Below are positions 51,030-59,521 of a stretch of 64,000 nt of DNA, piece by piece. Position numbers and translations under genes: made by a program. Origin of the DNA: Flavobacteriales bacterium (lineage in GTDB: Bacteria > Bacteroidota > Bacteroidia > Flavobacteriales > UBA7312). A model generated the notes under the pieces. That model saw only the letters and a program-made list of their open reading frames with translations, made no database searches and was not told the origin of the DNA. Every line of letters begins with the position of its first letter. The first letter of the stretch is position 1. The DNA lies in assembly GCA_965661505.1 (NCBI GenBank), contig CBFIDX010000002.1, positions 7,929 to 71,928 of the forward strand, in the 5' to 3' direction.

Positions 51030-52111
51030 AGATACCATTCATAGATTTACAAGCACAATACCAAGCTTATAAAAATGAGATTGATCAGGCAATTCAAAAA
51101 GTATTGGATTCCTCTCAATACATTATGGGGCAAGAAGTAAAAAACTTAGAATCCAACTTATCTAATTATACCGGATCTAAACACGCCATTGCCTGTAGTA
51201 GTGGAACAGATGCGCTTTTAATAGCTTTAATGGCAATGGATATTCAGCCAGGAGATGAGGTAATTACTACACCTTTCACTTTTATTTCTTCAGCAGAAGT
51301 AATAAGTTTGGTTGGAGCGACTCCTGTTTTTGTTGATATCGATGAAAAAACGTACAATATTGATTCAACAAAAATTGAAGAAAAAATCACCTCCAAAACA
51401 AAAGCAATTATTCCCGTTTCCCTATACGGTCAAGTAGCTGATATGGATGAAATAAATGCGATAGCTCTAAAGCATAATTTAATAGTGATTGAAGATGCCG
51501 CACAAAGTTTTGGAGCTACTTACAAAGGCAAGCAAAGCTGTAATTTAAGTCATTTTGGTTGCACCAGTTTTTTTCCTTCTAAGCCATTGGGAGCTTACGG
51601 TGATGGAGGGGCATTGTTTACTAATGACGATACATTTGCAGAAAAAGCACGAATGATTTTAGCACATGGTTCAAAAGTACGTTATCAACACCAAGTTGTA
51701 GGTATGAATGGGCGTTTAGATGCTATTCAAGCCGCAATTTTGAATGTTAAGCTCAAGTACTTTAGCCAAGAAGTCATGAAACGAGAAGAATTAGCTGAAA
51801 TCTACATCCATCTTCTAAAAGAAAAAGGGTTAGTTTTACCCCATATAAAATCCGACAGAACTAGTGTTTTTGCTCAGTTTACCGTGAGGTCAACTAACAG
51901 AGAAAAGGTGATGAAACAGCTTCAGGATAAAGGAATCCCAACAACCATACATTACCCTATCCCTGCACACCTTCAAGAATGTTATGCAGATTTGGGGCAT
52001 GAAGTAGGTGATTTCCCAATTGCTGAAGGCGCAGCAAAAGAGGTTTTTTCTTTACCGATGAGTGCATTTATTAAATCTGATCAGCTAAAGATTATTTGTA
52101 GTTTTATTTAA
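51026..52111 (+). CDS. wbpE: DegT/DnrJ/EryC1 PLP aminotransferase, WbpE-like
   Basis: 'IPFIDLQAQY', 'SGTDALLIAL', 'DAAQSFGA', PLP-Lys region 'SFFPSKPLG'. Confidence 0.8.
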   Translation: MKIPFIDLQAQYQAYKNEIDQAIQKVLDSSQYIMGQEVKNLESNLSNYTGSKHAIACSSGTDALLIALMAMDIQPGDEVITTPFTFISSAEVISLVGATPVFVDIDEKTYNIDSTKIEEKITSKTKAIIPVSLYGQVADMDEINAIALKHNLIVIEDAAQSFGATYKGKQSCNLSHFGCTSFFPSKPLGAYGDGGALFTNDDTFAEKARMILAHGSKVRYQHQVVGMNGRLDAIQAAILNVKLKYFSQEVMKREELAEIYIHLLKEKGLVLPHIKSDRTSVFAQFTVRSTNREKVMKQLQDKGIPTTIHYPIPAHLQECYADLGHEVGDFPIAEGAAKEVFSLPMSAFIKSDQLKIICSFI

Positions 52112-52758
52112 TGATTTCTCATACACATAAGTGTATTTTCGTGCATATCCCTAAAACAGCAGGTACTAGTATTGAAAGTGCATTCGGCCAATTGCCCTCT
52201 AAGGGAACCAGTCATTTGCAGTTGAGTGAGTATATGAAAAATAGCGAAGCTGATAATTATTTTAAGTTTTCCTTTATCCGTAATACATATGATAGGGTAT
52301 GGAGTATTTATAAATATTTTTCTTTAGGAGGAAACCAACATAGTCCTACTACAGTAACTGATTATTTTCATCACTATAAACAAAAAGTATTCAACTCCCC
52401 ATTTTATACTGATATAGAAATCAGTAAAAAAATGCCTAAATCTTTTGAGGAGTTCTGTGAGATTTATTTAAAAAATAAACAACCTTTTTTTAGGAGTTTT
52501 GCACTCATTTCACAGCTTGAGTATATTGCTGTTAATGGAGAAATTTCAGTTGATTTTCTTGGAAGGTTTGAATGTTTAGAGAAAGATTACCAAATTTTAG
52601 CACAAAAATTTAATTTACAAAAAACATTACCCCATTTAAGAAAGCGGTGTTCATCAAATCATTATTCAAAGTATTATAATTCTAGAATAAAAAAAATAGT
52701 TAGTGATTTTTACCAAAAAGAAATTGACTGTTTTGGATATATCTTTGATAAAAAATGA
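52111..52758 (+). CDS. Carbohydrate sulfotransferase (Sulfotransfer_2-like)
   Basis: PAPS 5'-phosphosulfate loop 'FVHIPKTAGTS'. 3'-phosphate motif-like 'FIRNTYDRVWSIY'. Start and stop overlap the neighbouring genes (TAATG, ATGA). Confidence 0.7.
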   Translation: MISHTHKCIFVHIPKTAGTSIESAFGQLPSKGTSHLQLSEYMKNSEADNYFKFSFIRNTYDRVWSIYKYFSLGGNQHSPTTVTDYFHHYKQKVFNSPFYTDIEISKKMPKSFEEFCEIYLKNKQPFFRSFALISQLEYIAVNGEISVDFLGRFECLEKDYQILAQKFNLQKTLPHLRKRCSSNHYSKYYNSRIKKIVSDFYQKEIDCFGYIFDKK

Positions 52759-54074
52759 ATAAAAAATCAGTTGTATATAATTCTTTTTTAACGGTTGTTC
52801 GCCAACTTGTGGGCATAGCCTTAGGGATGATTTCGGCAATGATTATTGCCAGAACATTAGGAGTTGAGGGGCAGGGAAAGTATGCGCTAGTTGTTTTACT
52901 GCCAAATGTGTTATATACGATTTTTAATATGGGGATAGCACCAGCTACCGTTTACTACATTGGCAAAAAAAAATTTGCACTTGAAAATGTTTTCAAAATG
53001 AACCTGCTATTAGCATTGGTGCTTTCTTTAGTTACAATTATTGTTGGTATCCTATTTATAGTTTTCTTTCATGAACAGTTTTATGAGTCAGTACCTCTGC
53101 AGGCAATGTATATGATTTTATGTGTTTTGCCTTTTTTATTTTTAAATAAAAATTTACAGGTTATTTTTCAAGGAAGAGAGCAGTTTGAGAAATTTAACAT
53201 CGTAGTTATTCTCAATCAAGCTGGCTTACTTCTATTTAGCACATTATTTTTGTTAGTCTTAGATTTTGAGTTGGTTGGAGCATTACTAGCATTTATATTG
53301 ACACAGATATTAATGCTTCTAGGAGTTTTTTATTTTTTAAGAACAGAGTTTCAACTGAGGTTATCATCGGGAAGCATCTCAATCGATTATCTTAAAGCGA
53401 GTATTGTGTATGGAATGAAAGGGCACTTGAGTAATATTCTAGCATTTATTAATTATCGCATTGATTTATTCATAATAGCTTATTTTCTTAATGATGCTGC
53501 AGTTGGTTTATATTCAATTGCAGTATCTATAGTTGAGAGAATTTGGATTGTTTCTCAATCTGTCTCGGCTGTTCTTTTTGCCAGAGTATCTAATTTAAGT
53601 ACAGATCAGGAAAGAGCTAACTTTACCGCAATTGTTTCAAGAAATGTGATGTTTATTTCTTTATTAGCAGGAGGTTTTTTATTTTTTCTTGGTGGATGGA
53701 TAATAACAACCTTATTTGGAGAGGCCTATACTGATTCAATAACTCCTTTTTTATACCTTATTCCTGGAGTCGTTTTATTATCATATGCTCGAATCCTTTC
53801 ACACTTTTTTGCAGGAATAGGTCGTCCTGAAATTAATACCTATGTGGCTAGTTTTACTACATTACTAAACATAAGCCTAAACATTTATTTAGTGCCTAAG
53901 TTTGGTGTTAAGGGGGCAGCAATAGCTACTTCTATTACCTACGCTTCAAATATGATCATAAAATCTACGATCTTTGGATGGAAAAATAAAGTATCAGTGA
54001 TTGATTTTTTGATTATAAAACCATCAGATCTTTTGTTGTATCAAAGTTATTTTAATAAAGTATTTAGACGCTGA
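52755..54074 (+). CDS. wzx: Wzx-type polysaccharide flippase (MOP superfamily)
   Basis: 439 aa with about 12-14 TM helices. Typical position in a Wzx/Wzy locus. Confidence 0.75.
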   Translation: MNKKSVVYNSFLTVVRQLVGIALGMISAMIIARTLGVEGQGKYALVVLLPNVLYTIFNMGIAPATVYYIGKKKFALENVFKMNLLLALVLSLVTIIVGILFIVFFHEQFYESVPLQAMYMILCVLPFLFLNKNLQVIFQGREQFEKFNIVVILNQAGLLLFSTLFLLVLDFELVGALLAFILTQILMLLGVFYFLRTEFQLRLSSGSISIDYLKASIVYGMKGHLSNILAFINYRIDLFIIAYFLNDAAVGLYSIAVSIVERIWIVSQSVSAVLFARVSNLSTDQERANFTAIVSRNVMFISLLAGGFLFFLGGWIITTLFGEAYTDSITPFLYLIPGVVLLSYARILSHFFAGIGRPEINTYVASFTTLLNISLNIYLVPKFGVKGAAIATSITYASNMIIKSTIFGWKNKVSVIDFLIIKPSDLLLYQSYFNKVFRR

Positions 54075-55195
54075 TGCATGTATTAGTTATTCCATCATGG
54101 TACCAATCGTCATTTAACAGACTCAGCGGTGTGTTTTTTAAAGATCAAGCTGTTGCACTCTCGGAAAAGGTTGAAAAAGTTGGTGTGATTGCTCCGGTTT
54201 TAATTAGTTTAAAAGATATAATTAAAACAAAATCAACCTCATTCTATGAGGAGTGCAATCAAGATGGAAATTTATATGAACAAGTACGCCCAATACTCGC
54301 TTTTCCTTTTTGGAAGAGGTTAAACAGAATGGTCCAGTTCTACATTGGTAAAAAAATGCTCAATCAGTATGTTCAGAAATTTGGAATCCCTGATGTCGTT
54401 CACCTCCAATCGACCTTAGCAGGAGAATTGGCTTTATGGATGCAAAACCGTTATAAAGTTCCCTTTATAGTATCAGAACACTGGTCAGCTTTTTTGCAAA
54501 ATAGAGCAACAAAGTCAGAAATAGAACTAGCTCATAAAGTTTTCGATAAAAGTAAATGCAATATTGCTGTTAGTTCCTACTTTGCTAGTCAATTGAAAAA
54601 GCAGTTTCAAAAAGAATTCAAAGTAATTGCAAATTCTGTAGACATTAGTTTTTTTAAAACCAAAAAAAGCAGTTATAAACAAACTACTTTTTTACAAGTT
54701 GCACACTTAGATGATAACAAGAACCAAGAAATGCTAGTTAAAGCTTTCAGCCATTTAAGTCAGCAAGAAAATATTACATTAACAATTGTAGGTGGGGGTC
54801 GTAAAAAAAATCATAAAAAGCTTAAAAGCTTAATTAAATCGTTAAATCTTGCTGAAAAAATAAGGCTATATGGAGTTGCAAATAGAGAAAAGGTGCGAGA
54901 GTTAATGCAGCAAAGCCATTGTTTGGTAATAAGTAGTTATGTTGAAACTTTTGGTGTAGTTGCTATAGAAGCTATGGCATGCGGTATTCCAGTAGTATCA
55001 ACTAAGTGTGGAGGGCCAGAAGATATTATAAATACAAAAACAGGTCTTTTATGTGAAATTAATGAAGAAGCTATTTGCGAAGCTATGCAAGAGGCCCTAA
55101 CAAGAAATTGGGATTCTTCTTATATAAGACATTATGCTGAATCTAATTTTTCAAAGGCTTCATTTGTTGAAAATATTTTAAGTACAATTTATTGA
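54074..55195 (+). CDS. Glycosyltransferase family 4 (GT-B), paralogue A
   Basis: C-terminal 'ETFGVVAIEAMACGIPVVSTKCGGPEDII' (EX7E region). Confidence 0.85.
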   Translation: MHVLVIPSWYQSSFNRLSGVFFKDQAVALSEKVEKVGVIAPVLISLKDIIKTKSTSFYEECNQDGNLYEQVRPILAFPFWKRLNRMVQFYIGKKMLNQYVQKFGIPDVVHLQSTLAGELALWMQNRYKVPFIVSEHWSAFLQNRATKSEIELAHKVFDKSKCNIAVSSYFASQLKKQFQKEFKVIANSVDISFFKTKKSSYKQTTFLQVAHLDDNKNQEMLVKAFSHLSQQENITLTIVGGGRKKNHKKLKSLIKSLNLAEKIRLYGVANREKVRELMQQSHCLVISSYVETFGVVAIEAMACGIPVVSTKCGGPEDIINTKTGLLCEINEEAICEAMQEALTRNWDSSYIRHYAESNFSKASFVENILSTIY

Positions 55196-56322
55196 GAATG
55201 CATATTCTATTAGTAACATCAGCTTACAAAAGTGAATTTAACCCTGTCAATGCTTTGTTTTTTAGAGATCAGGCAAAAGCACTACAAAAAGGAGGTAATC
55301 AAGTTGGATTAATCTGTGCTTTACCCATTTCATTAAAAACCGTGAAGAGTGAAAAAAAAATATTTTTTTCAAGAGAAGCATATAACGATGAGGGTGTCGA
55401 TACCATAGTACAGCCTTTTTTTTCGATACCAAAAACTCCCAACCGTACAAAGAAAAAAAGATTTAGTATAGCCAAACAATTGTTTCTTGAATATGTTGAT
55501 AAATTTGGGCTTCCTGAAATTCTTCATGTACATACCTTTCTAGCAGGAGAACTTGCTATTTGGGTAAAAGAGAAATATGACATTCCTTATGTTGTAACCG
55601 AACATTCAACTAATTTTGCTAGAGGTAATTTTTCACAATCCCAGTTACAATTTTCTAAGCAAGTCTATAAAAATAGTAAGTCAAACATAGCAGTAAGCAA
55701 TGAGTTTTGTTCGTTATTAAAGAAGCAAACCTCTTGTAAATTTCAATATGTTCCAAATGTTGTTGATACTGACTTTTTCAAACCCTCTAAGAAAGTTAAG
55801 AGTTCAGAAAACTTTACTTTTTTGAATGTTGCCCATTTAGATGCAAAGAAAAATCAAGCAGGACTAATTAAAAGTTTTGCTGAGCAATTTTTAGGAAAAA
55901 CAAAATATAATTTAATTCTTGCTGGGGAAGGTCCGGAAAAAGAAAATTTACAAACACTAATTAGTAGTCTGGGAGTAAATAATCAAGTAAGTTTATTTGG
56001 GAGAGCAAGTAGAGAAGAAGTTTTGCAACTGATGCAAAACGTTCATTGTTTTGTGTTACCCAGTTTTCACGAAACTTTTGGAGTTGTTTTAATAGAAGCG
56101 ATGGCTTGTGGTTTACCAGTTTTATCTACCAAGTCAGGAGGCCCAGAGTCAATTATTAAAAATGATGATTATGGTTACCTTTGTCATGAAAATGAACTAG
56201 CTGAGATGCTCGAAAAAATGACGAGTCAAGTATTTAACTCTAAAGCGATAAGGGATTATGTGCAAAAATCTTTTTCTGAGAATGCTGTTAGGAAGAAATT
56301 AGAATCTATTTATTGTGAATAA
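55192..56322 (+). CDS. Glycosyltransferase family 4 (GT-B), paralogue B
   Basis: 'ETFGVVLIEAMACGLPVLSTKSGGPESII'. Collinear similarity to the preceding ORF along its full length (for example FLAGELAIW / LAGELALW). Confidence 0.85.
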   Translation: MRMHILLVTSAYKSEFNPVNALFFRDQAKALQKGGNQVGLICALPISLKTVKSEKKIFFSREAYNDEGVDTIVQPFFSIPKTPNRTKKKRFSIAKQLFLEYVDKFGLPEILHVHTFLAGELAIWVKEKYDIPYVVTEHSTNFARGNFSQSQLQFSKQVYKNSKSNIAVSNEFCSLLKKQTSCKFQYVPNVVDTDFFKPSKKVKSSENFTFLNVAHLDAKKNQAGLIKSFAEQFLGKTKYNLILAGEGPEKENLQTLISSLGVNNQVSLFGRASREEVLQLMQNVHCFVLPSFHETFGVVLIEAMACGLPVLSTKSGGPESIIKNDDYGYLCHENELAEMLEKMTSQVFNSKAIRDYVQKSFSENAVRKKLESIYCE

Positions 56323-57517
56323 GAGAGAGGGCACTGTAGAATGGTTTGTGCTGCTAGTTGTGGTCTCATCAGTTTTTTTTCCAACGATACCTTTAGGAAT
56401 AGATTTTAGATTAGATGACTTATTAACTCTGTTGATTATTCCACTTTTATTTGCAGTAAAGCCAAAGCTAAGGTCTAGTAGGCTCAATTATACTTATCTG
56501 TTTATTTTATTTTCGGTTTCACTTTCTATTCTTTATGGATACACAGTATTAAAAGTCCCCCCCACTATTAGAGATTTTAATGAGTTTATTAGGATTATAA
56601 AGCCATTTTTAATCATTCTTGTCGTAGATTATTGTAATCCTCAATTTTTAGCAAAGTTGCTAGATAAGTTTTTTAAAGTAGGCGCAGTGGCATTAATTCT
56701 TTTTGGACTGCTTGAGTATTTTAATCTTTTTGGCTTCAGAAATATATTATCAGAAATTTATGCAACAACTGATAGGTTTTCTGATTTTGATAGAAGTAGA
56801 ATTGTATTAACGACTGGTGATCCAAATGTTTCTGCAGCTTTATTATTGTTTTTTTTAACTTACCTTACTCAATCTCTTTTTTTGAAAAAGGGAGTTTTCA
56901 CAAATCTTGTTTTACTTTTTTTCCTTTTAGTTGTATTGTTGATGACTTCTTCAAGAACATTATTGATTGTCTTTGCTTTAATCATGCTTGTGAGTTTAAT
57001 GTATCATGGTCGAAGAAAAAAAATATTATCAATAGTAATTGGAGGTGTGAGTGTCTTAACAATTGCGATTTTGATTCAGTTTTTCGATTATTTAACAATA
57101 GGATTCAGCACATTTAAATCAGGTGAAAACACATCTATGATGATTAGGTATTTGTTATGGAAAGAGGCATTTGATTTATTTTTACAATCACCGATTCTTG
57201 GTTGGGGACCAGCAAAATCAATACATACAACTATCGTTGACGGTGAGCATTTTATGTTATTGAGACGGTATGGTTTGTTAGGTTACGGGACAATAATGTC
57301 ATTGTTTTTAGGCTATGCGGTCGTTTTTATTAAAAAAATAAAAAAAATATTCGAAATAGGAGGAAATATACAGGTTTTAGGATTCACATCCGCTCTTTTA
57401 TGCATCATGATTGTTGTCATCATGATAACAAATAATTTCTTTTCTGGATATCAGTTAATGCCATTGTTTATAATAATGATTACATTGGTAGAGAAAGAAT
57501 TAAAACAGAATATCTGA
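56315..57517 (+). CDS. O-antigen polymerase/ligase-domain membrane protein (Wzy_C-like) 1
   Basis: About 10 TM helices. 'LLMTSSRTLLIVF' and 'RYLLWKEAFDLFLQSPILGWGP' resemble the Wzy_C loop. GTG start overlaps the upstream stop. Confidence 0.65.
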   Translation: MNKREGTVEWFVLLVVVSSVFFPTIPLGIDFRLDDLLTLLIIPLLFAVKPKLRSSRLNYTYLFILFSVSLSILYGYTVLKVPPTIRDFNEFIRIIKPFLIILVVDYCNPQFLAKLLDKFFKVGAVALILFGLLEYFNLFGFRNILSEIYATTDRFSDFDRSRIVLTTGDPNVSAALLLFFLTYLTQSLFLKKGVFTNLVLLFFLLVVLLMTSSRTLLIVFALIMLVSLMYHGRRKKILSIVIGGVSVLTIAILIQFFDYLTIGFSTFKSGENTSMMIRYLLWKEAFDLFLQSPILGWGPAKSIHTTIVDGEHFMLLRRYGLLGYGTIMSLFLGYAVVFIKKIKKIFEIGGNIQVLGFTSALLCIMIVVIMITNNFFSGYQLMPLFIIMITLVEKELKQNI

Positions 57518-57521
57518 CTAC

Positions 57522-58655
57522 ATGTTAAGTATTAGATCAATATTACTTTTTTCAATATTAGTGTTGTCAACTTTACACAATTCCTACTTAGGGACATTAG
57601 ACTTAGTGGATATTTCACTTCCATTGATACTAGTTTTCTTACTTAATGTTTTTGCTAATTTTAATTTTTCACCCAAAGCAGTTTTGTTGTTTTTTTTAAC
57701 TGCAACTACTATTGTTGTTAGTGTCCTGTCCAATTATTTAACTTTACATCAGGGAGGGTTTAATTCTGCTATCTTTTCAGTAGTGTTACTACTGCTTTTA
57801 TCTGTCAATTTAAAAGAGATAAATATTCCTCTCTTTAAAAAACTTTTACTACTCTATTTGTTAGTTGTTTCTTCTTTAGGGCTATATTTTTGGTTTCATG
57901 GAATTTATTTTTCAGATTTTTTCATCTGGAGAGATGGTCAATTTTTTGCTGGAGGAAAAATGGCTATTAGTTTTTTCTTAAATCCAAATAGAGCAGGAGC
58001 ATTTTTTGTGTTGTGTTTCTTTTTGTCATTATTTTTTGTAGATAGTAAGTTGTGGAGATATAGCTTACTTCTTATAAATTTATTTTTAGTAGTCTTTTCT
58101 TACTCAAGAGGGAGTATGTTGGCTCTAATCCTGGGTGGATTATACTACTTAGCTGTTAACAGTGGTAATGTGTTAAGTATATTAAAATTTTATTTTTTTA
58201 CTGCTACTTCTACAGTGCTAGCTATATTAGCGATGCTTAGGTGGTTCCCTGGTGAGATTAAAGGAATTCTCTTTAAACTCACCGCTTTTGGTTCATCTAA
58301 TAGAGTTTATTTATGGGAGACGGTGACACAAGATGCAACTACTTCTTTACAGAAGTTTTTATTTGGTTCTGGTCCATCTACAACTAGTATAAATGGCTTT
58401 TCTGCTCATAACTCATACATCAATGAATTGTCTAACTTAGGTTTTCTTTTTTTGATAACTATTGTTTTTTATTTATTTACTCTAACATTTGATGCTCACA
58501 GAGATAAGAATTTCAAGTTTGTTGCGTTCGTAGTAGTTGCGATCGTAATTGGAGCTGTTGAATCGATGTTATTTGTTGACCCAACAATGCTATGGGTTGG
58601 GCTGATATTAATAAAACTATTAAGCAAGCACGAAAAGGAGCTAGTAAATACTTAA
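57522..58655 (+). CDS. O-antigen polymerase/ligase-domain membrane protein (Wzy_C-like) 2
   Basis: 'FSYSRGSMLALILG', 'NRVYLWETV...FLFGSGPS...FSAHNSYINELSNLGF'. Confidence 0.65.
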   Translation: MLSIRSILLFSILVLSTLHNSYLGTLDLVDISLPLILVFLLNVFANFNFSPKAVLLFFLTATTIVVSVLSNYLTLHQGGFNSAIFSVVLLLLLSVNLKEINIPLFKKLLLLYLLVVSSLGLYFWFHGIYFSDFFIWRDGQFFAGGKMAISFFLNPNRAGAFFVLCFFLSLFFVDSKLWRYSLLLINLFLVVFSYSRGSMLALILGGLYYLAVNSGNVLSILKFYFFTATSTVLAILAMLRWFPGEIKGILFKLTAFGSSNRVYLWETVTQDATTSLQKFLFGSGPSTTSINGFSAHNSYINELSNLGFLFLITIVFYLFTLTFDAHRDKNFKFVAFVVVAIVIGAVESMLFVDPTMLWVGLILIKLLSKHEKELVNT

Positions 58656-58676
58656 TTTTACATAAAATTTTACAAA

Positions 58677-59516
58677 ATGGATAATCAAGAAGAAAGTATT
58701 CGAGATATTTTATTTAGCGTTATAAGTTTCTTTAGAAATCAAGTAAAGATTTTTGTGTTTTTCCTTGTTCTAGGTGTAGCGGTATCTATTATTTATCACA
58801 ATACTAAAAAGCCATATTATGAAACTAATGCAATAGCTATATCAGGCTTGTATTTTTATGAGAAATACGAAAATCAGAGCATTTTAGACCCTTTGTTGGC
58901 AATTGAAATGGTTAATTTTCTGGCAGAAGACGTTCGTCAAAAAAATATAAATGAGCTATCAGAATTGTTGAATGTTCCAATATCGTTGGTAGAAAATATT
59001 AAATCAATAGAAGCTGAAGGTTTGTATAGAATCGATGCAGATAATAGACAAAATCCTATCTCAAAGTTTGAAATTAAGCTAAAGGTTTATGATCGAAATA
59101 TTGTAGAAAAAGTGGAAGAAGGCTTGTTATTCTATTTTACTAATAACACTTATGTAAAGTCTTATTATGAAATGTATCAAAATAGAAATAAAGCTATAAT
59201 TGATAAAATTGATGAAGAAATAACTTCATTGATGAGTGCACGAAGCTCACAACTACACAATGCAGACTTTAGCAGTGTGTCAATAACAAATAATAAAAGT
59301 ACTAGTATAGCTCAAAACCAAATAATAGAGCTTTATAAACAAAAACAAGACCACATTAAAGAATTTGCTTTGTTGAAACCGCTAAGCTTTGTAAAAAGTT
59401 TTTCAAAGCCAGAAAAACCAGAGGATTTATTGTGGTCAAGAGTTTTAACAATTACTCTCATTTCTCTTATATTAGGTTTTATCATCGCTGGAGTTAAGGA
59501 ACTAGGAAAAAAATAA
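58677..59516 (+). CDS. Wzz-like chain-length determinant (PCP-1 topology, no kinase domain)
   Basis: An N-terminal TM helix after 'SIRDILFSVISFFRNQVK', 'KKPYYETNAI', a central coiled-coil, and a C-terminal TM helix. Confidence 0.5.
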   Translation: MDNQEESIRDILFSVISFFRNQVKIFVFFLVLGVAVSIIYHNTKKPYYETNAIAISGLYFYEKYENQSILDPLLAIEMVNFLAEDVRQKNINELSELLNVPISLVENIKSIEAEGLYRIDADNRQNPISKFEIKLKVYDRNIVEKVEEGLLFYFTNNTYVKSYYEMYQNRNKAIIDKIDEEITSLMSARSSQLHNADFSSVSITNNKSTSIAQNQIIELYKQKQDHIKEFALLKPLSFVKSFSKPEKPEDLLWSRVLTITLISLILGFIIAGVKELGKK

Positions 59517-59521
59517 TAGCG

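Noticed and set aside
52965-52973. A9 homopolymer tracts inside wzx (52965-52973) and the second GT4 (55352-55360), plus several A8/T8 runs in the Wzy-like genes, considered as slipped-strand phase-variation switches
   Set aside because: In this very AT-rich segment, Lys (AAA) and Phe (TTT) codon runs of this length are expected. All tracts are currently in frame. With a single sequence there is no evidence of length polymorphism.
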